A stretch of DNA of 63,487 bases, filler included, from Phoronis australis (taxonomy: Eukaryota; Animalia; Phoronida): the NCBI GenBank assembly GCA_002633005.1. It is 10 parts of 10 records of this genome, joined end to end, with 100 filler letters (N's around TTAATTAATTAA, not from the genome) between each part and the next. Parts side by side here need not be neighbours in the genome. Positions count along the whole stretch, not along the records: positions 9,324 to 31,437 come from NMRA01000027.1; 9 more parts are not named here. One strand, given 5' to 3'. Under the pieces are notes generated by a model. It worked only from the letters and a program-made list of their open reading frames with translations, did no database searches and had not been told where the DNA came from. Positions 12,301 through 24,400 of the stretch are shown here, piece after piece. The position numbers and the translations under genes were made by a program. Numbering within the stretch: position 1 is the stretch's first letter; each line of letters opens with the position of its first letter.

Positions 12301-15109
12301 AGAATTTTACGGAGATTCCGCCTCCTCAGTTCAAACGTCTATTGCTGAAAAACTAACCGTTGAAAATCGATGCCCCTCCGTTCCTAGGTACTCTGGCCCT
12401 CCATCAATAGAGGAAAAGAAAAAGAATTGACTTTCAACGGTTGAGTTTTCGTCAATTGGCGCAAAACCGCGCACGACTTTGCCCTACCTCGAAAAACCGA
12501 GAATTTTACGGAGATTCCGCCTCCTCAGTTCAAACGTCTATTGCTGAAAAACTAACCGTTGAAAATCGATGCCCCTCCGTTCCTAGGTACTCTGGCCCTC
12601 CATCAGTAGAGGAAAAGAAAAACAATTGACTTTCAACGGTTGAGTTTTCGTCAATTGGCGCAAAACCGCGCACGACTTTGCCCTACCTCGAAAAACCGAG
12701 AATTTTAAGGAGATTCCGCCTCCTCAGTTCAAACGTCTATTGCTGAAAAACTAACCGTTGAAAATCGATGCCCCTCCGTTCCTAGGTACTCTGGCCCTCC
12801 ATCAATAGAGGAAAAGAAAAAGAATTGACTTTCAACGGTTGAGTTTTCGTCAATTGGCGCAAAACCGCGCACGACTTTGCCCTACCTCGAAAAACCGAGA
12901 ATTTTACGGAGATTCCGCCTCCTCAGTTCAAACGTCTATTGCTGAAAAACTAACCGTTGAAAATCGATGCCCCTCCGTTCCTAGGTACTCTGGCCCTCCA
13001 TCAATAGAGGAAAAGAAAAAGAATTGACTTTCAACGGTTGAGTTTTCGTCAATTGGCGCAAAACCGCGCACGACTTTGCCCTACCTCGAAAAACCGAGAA
13101 TTTTACGGAGATTCCGCCTCCTCAGTTCAAACGTCTATTGCTGAAAAACTAACCGTTGAAAATCGATGCCCCTCCGTTCCTAGGTACTCTGGCCCGCCAT
13201 CAAAAGAGGAAAAAGAAAAAGAATTGAGTTTCAACGGTTGAGTTTTCGTCAATTGGCGCGAAACCGCGCACGACTTTGCCCTACCTCGAAAAACAGAGAA
13301 TTTTACGGAGATTCCGCCTCCTTAGTTCAAACGTCTATTGCTGAAAAACTAACTGTTGAAAATCGATGCCCCACCGTTCCTAAGTCCTCTGGCCCTCCCT
13401 CAGTAGAGGAGAAGAAAAAGAATTGACTTTCAACTGTTAAGTTTTCGTCAATCGGCACAAAGCCCCGCACGACTTTGCCCTACCCCAAAAAACCGAGAAT
13501 TTTACGGAGATTCCGCCTCCTCAGTTGAAACGTGTATTGCCGGAAAACTAACCCTTGAAAATCGATGCCCCTCCGTCCCTAGGTATTCTGGCCCTCCATC
13601 AATAGAGGAAAAGAAAAAGAATTGACTTTCAAATGTTGAGTTTTCGTCAATTGGCGCAAAACCGCGCACGACTTTGCCCTACCTCGAAAAACCGAGAATT
13701 TTACGGAGATTCCGCCTCCTCAATTCAAACGTCTATTGCCGGAAAACTAACCGTTGAAAATCGATGCCCCTCCGTTCCTAGGTATTCTGGCCCTCCGTCA
13801 ATAGAGGAAAAGAAAAAGAATTGACTTTTCTCTGGCCCTCCATCAGTAGAGGAAAAGAAAAAGAATTGACTTTCAACGGTTGAGTTTTCGTCAATTGGCG
13901 AAAAAACGCGCACGACTTTGCCCTACCCCGAAAAACCGAGAATTATACGGATATTCCGCCTCCTCAGTTCAAACGTCTATTGCTGAAAAACTGACGGTTG
14001 AAAATCGATGCCCCTCCGTTCCTAGGTACTCTGGCCCTCCATCAATAGAGGAAAAGAAACAGAATTGACTTTCAACGGTTGAGTTTTCGTCAATTGGCGC
14101 AAAACGGCGCACGCCTTTGCCCTACCCCGAAAAACCGAGAATTTTACAGAGATTCCGCCTCCTCAGTTCAAACGTCTGTTGCTGAAAAACTAACCGTTGA
14201 AAATCGATGCTCCTCCGTTCCTAGGTACTCTGGCTCTCCATCAGTAGAGGAAAAGAAAAAAAAATGACTTTCAAATGTTGAGTTTTCGTCAATTGGCACA
14301 AAACCGCGCACTACTTTGCCCCACCCCGAAAAACCGAGAATTATACGGAGATTCCGCCTGCCCAACCCCGAAAAACCGAGAATTTTACGGAGATTCCGCC
14401 TCCTCAACTCAAACGTCTATTGCCGGAAAACTAACCGTTGGAAATCGATGCCCCTCCGTCCCTAGGTACTCTGGCCCTCCATCAGTAGAGGAAAAGAAAA
14501 AAAAATGACTTTCAACGGTCGAGTTTTCGTCAATTGTCGCAAAACCGCGCACTACTTTGCTCTACCCCGAAAAACCGAGAATTATACGGAGATTCCGCCT
14601 CCTCAGTTGAAAAGTCTATTGCTGAATAACTAACCGTTGAAAATCGATGCCCCTCCGTTCCTAGGTCCTCTGGCCCTCCATCAGTATAGGAAAATAAAAA
14701 GAATTGACTTTCAACGGTTGAGTTTTCGTCAATTGGCGCAAAACCTAGCAAGATTTTGCCCTACCTCGAAAAACCGAGAATTTTACTGAGATTCCACCTC
14801 CTCAACTCAAACGTCTATTGCCGGAAAACTAATCGTTGGAAATCGATGCCCCTCCGTTCCTAGGTACTCTGGCCAACCATCAGTAGAGGAAAAGAAAAAA
14901 AATTGACTTTCAACTTTTGAGTTTTCGTCAATTGGCGCAAAACTGCGCACGACTTTGCCCTACCCCGAAAAACCGAGAATTTTACGGAGATTCCGCCTCC
15001 TCAATTGAAACGTCTATTGCCGGAAAACTAACCGTTGAAAATCGATGCCCCTCCGTTCCTAGGTCTTCTGGCCCTCCATCAGTAGAGGAAAAGAAAAAGA
15101 ATTGGCTTT
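9324..15109 (+). repeat. 199-bp satellite DNA, block 1 (about 29 monomers; near-identical core ~10050-13200)
   Basis: Exact 199-nt periodicity (frames at 10053, 10252, 10451...13038). Monomer: ttgagttttcgtcaattggcgcaaaaccgcgcacgactttgccctacc...aagaattgactttcaacgg. Confidence 0.98.
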
Positions 15110-15506
15110 CTGTTCTTCACACGAACGAGCCAAGTACGGCGAAGTGTGTCATCCGTCGGAAAGCGATGCAAAGGCACTCCCAAAGCGCGCGTGAGCCGAT
15201 AATTACTACATCCCGGTACGCAGCAACAGTGTGGCATGTTGACTGACTAGTAAATGAAAGCGAACGACGACGGAACTTAACACAACCGAAGTAGAACAAT
15301 GACTGACTCGGCAGCTCTCACAGTCAGACTATGTGAAAAGAAATTGGCGGGAAACGCTTGCCTCCTAAAACGTCACTTCCGGAAAAGCGGACGAATAATT
15401 AATAAAATTACGAAAAGCTGTAATTAAGTGAAAAATATGCCTAGGATAACCAACCAACCTTATTTTAGCTCAAAATGACATGGAAAAAGGTTTCCTTCGC
15501 CTTTAA
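15110..15506. mobile_element. Truncated non-autonomous element ending ...TTCGCCT|TTAA (Kolobok-like terminus) abutting the satellite
   Basis: Non-satellite sequence ending ggtttccttcgcct-ttaa. Only one end is present. Confidence 0.35.
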
Positions 15507-15952
15507 GTACTGCCACATTGAACGTTCATGTTAAAAATTGTGTGTACTTTGTTATTGGTTGTGTTATGTATTGTGTGGCTTGACGTGTAACAACTGCATG
15601 CAAGGTGATTTCAATATTGCCTTCGGCTAGGTTTCACTGTTTACCTCACGGGTTGATTTTTTTATGCCTTTCTCACTTGTATCTAGTTGACCTCAGATTG
15701 ATGCAGTTAAGGCCTAGTGAAATTCGGTTGACAAAATTTGATGTCTTAGTGTTATACTTTATGATAGTTATACGAGTCCCAGGTGCAAGGGGNCTACCTA
15801 ACGCAAACAAAATGTTTGAATGGACACTTCGTTAAAAGTTTTTCAAATTGAACATGGTGTTGTATTGGACGTAACGCGAATGTGGAGAAAACATTAACGT
15901 CTTGTCTTCAAAACATGTTGCAATATCCATTATCTTGTGTACGGTTACCTCT

Positions 15953-18490
15953 CATCGATTTTCAACCTTTAATTTTCCGGCAATAGACGTTGGAATTGAG
16001 GAGGTGGAATCTCCGTAAAATTCTCGGTTTTTCGGGCTAGGGCAAAGTCGTGCGGTGTTTTGCGCCGATTGACGAAAATCCAACAGTTGAAAGTCAATGT
16101 TTTTCTTTCCCTTTACTGAAGAAGGGCCAGAGGACTTAGGAACGGAGGAGCATCGATTTTCAACGGTTAGTTTTGCGGCAATAGACGTTTGAGGTGAGGA
16201 GGCGGAATCTCTGTAAAATTCTCGGTTTTTTCGGGGTAGGGAAGAGTCGTGCGGGGTTTTACGCCGATTGACGAAAGACCAACAATTGAAAGTCAATGTT
16301 TTTTCTTTTCCCTTACTTGGGGAGGGACAGAGGACTTAGGAATGGAGGGGCATCGATTTTTAAATGTTAGTTTTCCCACAATAGACGTTTGAAGTGAGGA
16401 GGCGGAATCTCGGTAAAATTCTCAGTTTTCCGGGAAGGGCAAAGTCGTGCGGGTTTTGCACCGATTGACGAAAACCCAACCGTTGAAAGTTATGTTTTTT
16501 CTTTTCCTTTTTTGAGGGAGGGGCAGAGGACCTAGGAACGAGGGGCATCGATTTGCAACTGTTAGTTTTCCGGCAATAGACGTTTTAATTGAGGAGGCGG
16601 AATCTCCGTAAAATTCCCGGTTTTTCGGGGAAGGGCAAAGCCGTGCGCGGTTTTGCGCCGATTGGCGAGAACGTAACCCTTGAAAGTCAATTATTTTTCA
16701 TTTTCTCTACTGAGGAAGCGCCAGAGGACCTAGCAACGGAGGGGCATCGATTTTCAACGTTTAGTTTTCCGGCAATAGTCGTTTGAATTGAGGAGGAGGA
16801 ATCTCCGCAAAATTCTCGGTTTTTCGGGGTATGGCAAAGTCGTGCAGATTTTGCGACGATTGACGAAAGCTCAACCTTTGAAAGTATTTTTTTTCTTTTC
16901 CTATACTGAGGTAGGGTCAGAGGACCTAGGAACGGAGGGGCATCGATTTTTAATCTTTAGTTTTCCGGCAATAGACGTTGGAAGTTAGGAGGCGGAATCT
17001 CCCTAAAATTCTCGGTTTTTCGGGGTAGGGCAAAGTCGTGCGGTGTTTTGCGCAGATTGACGAAAGACCAACAGTTGAAAGTCTTTTTTTTCTTTTCCTT
17101 TACTGGAGAAGGGCCACAGGACCTAGGAACGGAGTGGCATCGATTTTCAACTGTTACTTTTCTGGCAATAGACATTTGAATTGAGGAGGCAGAATCTCCG
17201 TAAAATTCTCGGTTTTTCGAGTTAGGGCAAAGTCGTGCGGGTTTTTGCGCCAATTGACGAAAACCCAACCGCTGAAAGTAAAGATTTTTTCGTTTCCTTT
17301 ACTGACAAAGGGCCAGAGGACCTAGGAATGGAGGGGCTTCGATTTTCAACGGTTAGTTTTCCGGCAATAGGCGTTTGTAGTGAGGATGGGGAATCTCCGT
17401 AAAATTCTTGGTTTTTCGGGGTAGGGCAAAGTCGTGTGGCCTTTTGCGCCGATTGACGAAAACCGAACAGTTGAAAGTCAAGTTTTTTCTTTTCCTTTAC
17501 TGAGGNCGTTTGTAGTGAGGATGCGGAATCTCCGTAAAATTCTTGGTTTTTCGGGGAAGGGCAAAGTCGTGCGGGTTTGCGCCTATTGACGAAAACCCAA
17601 CCGTTGAACCTCAAGTTTTTTTACATTTCCTTTACTGAGGGAGGGCCAAAAGATCTAGGAAAGGAGGGTCTTCGATTTTCAACAGTTAGTTTTCCGGCAA
17701 TAGACGTTTGACATGAGAAGGCGGAATCTCCGTCAAATTCTCAGTTTTTCAAGGTAGGGCAAAGTCGTGCGGGGTTTTGCGCAGATTGACGAAAACCCAA
17801 CCGCTGAAAGTCAAGTTTTTTTCTTTTCCTTTACTGAGGAAGGGCCAGACGACCTAGGAAGGATGGGGCATCGATTTTCAACGGTTTGTTTTCCGGTAAT
17901 AGACGGTTGTAGTGAGGAGGCGGAATGTGCGTAAAAGTCTCGGTTTTTCGAGGAAGGGCAGTCGTGCTGACTTTGCGCCGATTGACTAAAAAACAACCGT
18001 TGAAAGTCATTTTTTCTTTTTCCGTCCTGAAGGAGGGCCAGAGGACCTAGGAACGGAGGGGCATCGATTTGCAAGTGTTATTTTTCCAGCAATAGACGTT
18101 TGAACTGGGGAGGCGGAATCTCCGTAAAATTCTCGGTTTTTCGGGCTAGGGNTTTCAACAGTTAGTTTTCCGGCAATAGATTTTTGAAATGAGAAGGCGG
18201 AATCTCCGTAAAATTCTTGGGTTTTCAAGGTAGGGCAAAGTCATGCGGGGTTTTGCGCCGATTGACGAAAACCCAACCGTTGAAAGTTCAATTTTTTTCC
18301 TTTTCCTCTTCTGAAGGAGGGCCAGAGGACATAGGGACGGAGGGGCATCGATTTGCACTTGTTAGTTTTCCGGCAATAGACGTTTGAACTGAGGAGGCGG
18401 AATCTCCACAAAATTCTCGGTTTTTCGGGGTAGGGCAAAGTCGTGCGGGGTTTTGCGCCGATTGACGAAAACCCAACCGCTGAAAATCAA
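15953..18490 (-). repeat. 199-bp satellite DNA, block 2 (inverted, diverged, about 13 monomers)
   Basis: Reverse-complement monomers (ggcggaatctccgtaaaattctcggtttttcg). Single-N joins at 17506 and 18152. Confidence 0.97.
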
Positions 18491-21400
18491 GTTTTCGTCA
18501 ATGGGCGCAAAACCCGCACGACTTTGACCAAACCCGGAATAACCGAGAATGTTACTGAGCTTCCGCCTCCTCACAGCAAACGTCCATTGCCGGAAAATTA
18601 ACAGTTGAAAATCGATGCCCCACCTTTCCTAGGTCATCTGGCCCTTCCCCAGTAAAATAAAAGAAAAAAACTTCACTTTCAGCTGTTGGGTTTTCGTCAA
18701 TCGGCGGAAAACCTTGCACGACTTTACCCTACCCCGAAAAACCAAGAATTTTAAAGAGATTCCGCCTCCTCACTTCAAACGTCCATTGCCGTAAAACTAA
18801 CAGTTGAAAATCGATGCCCCTCCGTTCCAAGGTCCTCTGACCCTTCATCAGTAGAGGAAAAGAAAAATATCCGACTTTCAACGGTTAAGTTTTCGTCAAT
18901 CGGCGAAAAATGGCGCAAGTCTTTGCCCTACCTCGAAAAACCGAGAATCTTATGGAGATTCTGCCTCCTCAATTCAAACGTCTATTGCCGGAAAACAAAC
19001 CGTTGAAAATTGATGCACCTTCGTTCCTAGGTCCTCTGGCCCTTCCTCAGTAAAGGAAAAAAAAACTTGACATTCAACTGTTGGGTTTTCGTCAATCGTT
19101 GCAAGACCCCGCACAACTTTGCCCAACCCCAAAAAACCGAGAATTTTACGGAGATTCCGCCTCCTCAATTCACATGTCTATTGTCGGAAAACTAACAGTT
19201 GAAAATCAATGCCAATCCGTTCCTAGGTCCTCTGGCACTCCCCCAGTAAAGGAAGAGAAAAAAATTGACTTTCAACCGTTGGGTTTTCGTCAGTCGGCGC
19301 AAAACCCACACGACTTTGCCCAACCCTGAAAAACCGAGAATTTTACGGAGCTTCCGCCTCCTCAATTCACATGTCTATTGCCGTAAAACTAACAGTTGAA
19401 AATCGATGCCCCTCCGTTCCTAGGTCCTCTGGCCGTTCTTCAGATTAGGAAAAGAAAAATATCCGACTTTCAACACTTAAGTTTTCGTCAATCGGCGAAA
19501 AACCGCGCAAGTTTTTGCCCTACCTCGAAAAACTGAGAATGTTATGGAGATTCTGCCTCCTCAATTCAAACGTCTATTGCCGGAGAACTAACCGTTGAAA
19601 ATCGATGCCCCTTCGTTCCTAGGTCCACTGGCCCTTCCCCAGTAAAGAAAAAGAAAAAAAACTTAACTTTCAAGTGTTTGGTTTTCGTCAATCGGCGCAC
19701 AACCTCGCACGACATTGCCCTACCTCGAAAAACCGATAATTTTACGGAGATTCCGCCTACTCAATTCAAACGTCTATTACCGGAAAAGTAACCGTTGAAA
19801 ATTGATGCCCTTCCGTTCCTAAGTCTTCTGGCCCTCCCCCAGTAAAGGAATAGAAAGACAATTGACTTTCAACCTTTGGGTTTTCGTCAATCGGCGCAAA
19901 ACCCCCAAGACTTTGCCCAACCCCAAAAAACCGAGAAATTTACGGAGATTCCGCCTCCTCATTTCAAACGTCTATTGCCGGAAAACTTACCGTTGAAAAT
20001 TGATGCCCCTCCGTTGCTAGGTCCTCTTGCGCTTCCTCAGAAAAGGAATTGAAAAACATTGACTTTCAACGGTTGGGTTTTCGTCATTCGGCGCAAATCA
20101 CCGCACGATTTTGCCCTACCTCGAAAAAATCGAAAAATTTACGGAGATTCCGCCTCCTCACTTTAAACGCCTATTGTTGGAAAGTTAACAGTTGAAAATC
20201 GATGCCATGCCCCTCCGTTTCTAGGTCCTCTGGCCCTCCCCCAGTAAGGGAAAAGAAAAAAACTTGACTTTTAACGGTTGGGTTTTCGTCAATAGGCGCA
20301 AAACCCGCACGACTTTGCCCTACTCCGAAAAACCGAGATTTCTACGGAAATTCAGCCTCCTCACTTGAAACGTCTAGGAAAGTTAACAGTTGAAAATCGA
20401 TGCCATGCCCCTCCGTTCCTAGATCCACTGGCCCGCTCCCAGTAAAGGAAAAAGACAAAAACAGACTTTCAACGGTTGGGTTTTCGTCAATCGGCGCAAA
20501 ACCCAGCACGACTTTGCCCTAACCCGAAAAATCGATAATTTTACGGAGATTCCGCCTCCTCAATTCAAACGTCTATTGCCGGAAAAACAACCGTTGAAAA
20601 TCAATATCGCTCCTATCCTAGGTCCTCTGGCCCTTGATCAGTAGAGGAAAAGAAAAATATTTGACTTACAACTGTTGGGTTTTCGTCAATCGGCGCAAAA
20701 ACCGCACGACTTTGCCCTACCCCTAAAAACCATGAATTTTACGGAGATTCAACCTCTACAATTGAAACGTCTATTTTAGGAAAACTAACCGTTGATAATA
20801 GATGCCCCTCCGTTCCTAATTCCTCTGGAACTCCCTCAGTAGAGAAAAAGAAAAAGAATTGACTTTCAACGGTTAAGTTTTCGTGAATTGGCGCAAAACA
20901 GCGCACGACTTTGCGCTACCCCGAAAAACCGAGAATTTTACCAAGATTCCGCCTCCTCAGTTCAAAGGTCTATTGCGGGAAAACTAACCGTTGAAAATCA
21001 ATGCCCCTCCGTTCCTGGGTCATCTGGCCCTCTCTCAGTAAAGGAAAAGAAAAAAACTTGACTTTCAACCGTTGGGTTTTCGTCAATCGGCGCAGAAACC
21101 GCACGACTTTGCCCTACCCCGAAAAACCGAGCATTTTACGGAGATTCCGCCTCCTCACTTGAAACGTCTATTGTAGGAAAACTGACCGTTGAAAATCGAC
21201 GCCCCTCCTTTCCTAGGTCCTCTGGCGCGCTCCCAGTAAAGGAAAAAGAAAAAACCTGACTTTCAACTGTTGGGTTTTCGTCAATCGGCGCAAAACCCGC
21301 ACGACTTTTCCCAACCCCTAAAAACCGAGAATTTTACGGAGATTCCGCCTCCTCAATTGAAACGTCTATTTTAGGAAAACTAACCGTTGAAAATGGATGC

Positions 21401-24400
21401 CCTTCCGTTCCTAGGTCCTCTGGAACTCCCTCAGTAGAGGAAAAGCAAAGAATTGACTTTCAACTTTTAAGTTTTCGTCAATCGGCGCAAAACCCAGCAC
21501 GACTTTGACCTACCCCGAAAAACCATGAATTTTACGGAGATTCAACCTCTTCAATTGAAACGTCTATTTTAGGAAAACTAACCGTTGATAATAGATGCCC
21601 CTCCGTTCCTAATTCCTCTGGAACTCCCTCAGTAGAGAAAAAGAAAAAGAATTGACTTTCAACGGTTAAGTTTTCGTGAATTGGCGCAAAACAGCGCACG
21701 ACTTTGCGCTACCCCGAAAAACCGAGAATTTTACCAAGATTCCGCCTCCTCAGTTCAAAGGTCTATTGCGGGAAAACTAACCGTTGAAAATGGATGCCCT
21801 TCCGTTCCTAGGTCCTCTGGAACTCCCTCAGTAGAGGAAAAGAAAAGAATTAACTTTCAATTGATAAGTTTTCGTCAATCGGCGCAAAACCCGCACGACT
21901 TTGCCCAACCCCTAAAAACCGAGAATTTTACGGAGATTCCGCCTCCTCAATTGAAACGTCTATTTTAGGAAAACTAACCGTTGAAAATGGATGCCCTTCC
22001 GTTCCTAGGTCCTCTGGAACTCCCTCAGTAGAGGAAAAGAAAAGAATTGACTTTCAACTTTTAAGTTTTCGTCAATCGGCGCAAAACCCAGCACGACTTT
22101 GACCTACCCCGAAAAACCGATAATTTTACGGAGATTCTGTCTCCTCAATTCAAACGTCTATTACCGGAAAAGTAACCGTTGAAAAGTGATGTCCCTCCGT
22201 TCCTAAGTCTTCTGGCCCTCCCCCAGTAAAGGAATAGAAAGACAATTGACTTTCAACCTTTGGGTTTTCGTCAATCGGCGCAAAACCCCCAAGACTTTGC
22301 CCAACCCCAAAAAACCGAGAAATTTACGGAGATTCCGCCTCCTCATTTCAAACGTCCATTGCCGGAAAACTTACCGTTGAAAATCGATGCCCCTCCGTTG
22401 CTAGGTCCTCTTGCGCTTCCTCAGAAAAGGAATTGAAAAACATTGACTTTCAACGGTTGGGTTTTCGTCAATCAGCGCAAAAACCGCAAGACTTTGCCCT
22501 ACTCCGAAAAACCGAGATTTTTACGGAAATTCCGCCTCCTCACTTGAAACGTCTAGGAAAACTAACCGTTGAAAATCGACACCCCTCCGTTCCTAGATCC
22601 TCTGGCCCGCTCCCAGTAAAGGAAAAAGAAAACAACTGACTTTCAACGGTTGGGTTTTCGTCAATCGGCGCAAAACCCAGCACGACTTTGCCCTACCCCG
22701 AAAAATCGATAATTTTACGGAGATTCCGCCTCCTCAATTCAAACGTCTATTGCCGGAAAAACAACCGTTGAAAATCAATATCCCTCCTATCCTAGGTCCT
22801 CTGGCCCTTTATCAGTAGAGGAAAAGAAAAATATTTGACTTACAACTGTTGGGTTTTCGTCAATCGGCGCAAAAACCGCACGACTTTGCCCTACCCCGAA
22901 AAACCAAGAATTTTACGGAGATTCAACCTCTTCAATTGAAACGTCTATTTTAGGAAAACTAACCGTTGATAATAGATGCCCCTCCGTTCCTAATTCCTCT
23001 GGAACTCCCTCAGTAGAGAAAAAGAAAAAGAATTGACTTTCAACGGTTAGTTTTCGTCAATTGGCGCAAAACCGCGCACGACTTTGCCCTACCCCGAAAA
23101 ACCGATAATTTTACCAAGATTCCGCCTCCTCATTTCAAAGGTCTATTGCCGGAAAACTAACCGTTGGAAATCAATGCCCCTCCGTTCCTGGGTCATCTGG
23201 CCCTCTCTCAGTAAAGAAAAAGAAAAAAACTTGACTTTCAACCGTTGGGTTTTCGTCAATCGGCGCAGAAACCGCACGACTTTGCCCTACCCCGAAAAAC
23301 CGAGCATTTTACGGAGATTCCGCCTCCTCACTTGAAACGTCTATTGTAGGAAAACTGACCGTTGAAAATCGACGGCCCTCCTTTCCTAGGTCCTCTGGCG
23401 CGCTCCCAGTAAAGGAAAAAGAAAAAACCTGACTTTCAACTGTTGGGTTTTCGTCAATCGGCGCAAAACCCGCACGACTTTGCCCAACCCCTAAAAACCG
23501 AGAATTTTACGGAGATTCCGCCTCCTCAATTGAAACGTCTATTGGAATTTTACGGAGATTCCGCCTCGTCAGTTCAAACGTCTATTGCTGAAAAACTAAC
23601 AGTTGAAAGTCGATGCCCCTCCGTTCCTAAGTCCTCTGGCCCTCCCTCAGTAGAGAAAATGAAAAATAATTGACTTACAACGTTTAAGTTTTCGTCAATC
23701 GGCACAAAGTCTCGCACGTCTTTGCCCTACCCCGAAAAACCGAGAATTTTACGGAGATTCCGCCTCCTCAGTTGAAACGTCTATTGCCGGAAAACTAACC
23801 GTTGAAAATCGATGCTCCTCCGTTCCTAGGTCCTCTGGCCCTCTATCAGTAGAGGAAAAGAAAAAGAATTGACTTTCAACGGTAGAGTTTTCGTCAATTG
23901 GCGCAAAACCGCGCACTTTTCTGCCCTACCCCGATAAACCGAGAATTTTACGAAGATTCTGCCTCCTCAATTCAAACGTATATTGCCGGAAAACTAACCG
24001 TTGAAAATCGATGCTCCTCCGTTTCTAGGTGATCTGGCCCTCCATCAGTAGAGGAGAAGAAAAAGAATTTTCTTTCAACAGTTGAGTNTGAAAATCGATG
24101 CCCCTCCGTGCCTAGGTACTCTGGCACTCCACCAGTAGAGGAAAAGAAAAAGAATTCACTTTCAAATGTTGAGTTTTCGTCAATTGGCGCAAAACCCCGC
24201 ACGACTTTGCCCTACCTCGAAAAACCGAGAATTTTGCGGAGATTCTGCCTCCTCAGTTCAAACGTCTGTTGCTGAAAAACTAACCGTTGAAAATCGATTC
24301 CCCTCCGTTCCTAATTCCTATGGCCATCCCTCAGTACAGGAAAGAAAAAGAATTGACTTTCAACAGTTAAGTTTTCGTCAATCGGCACAAAGCCCTGCAC

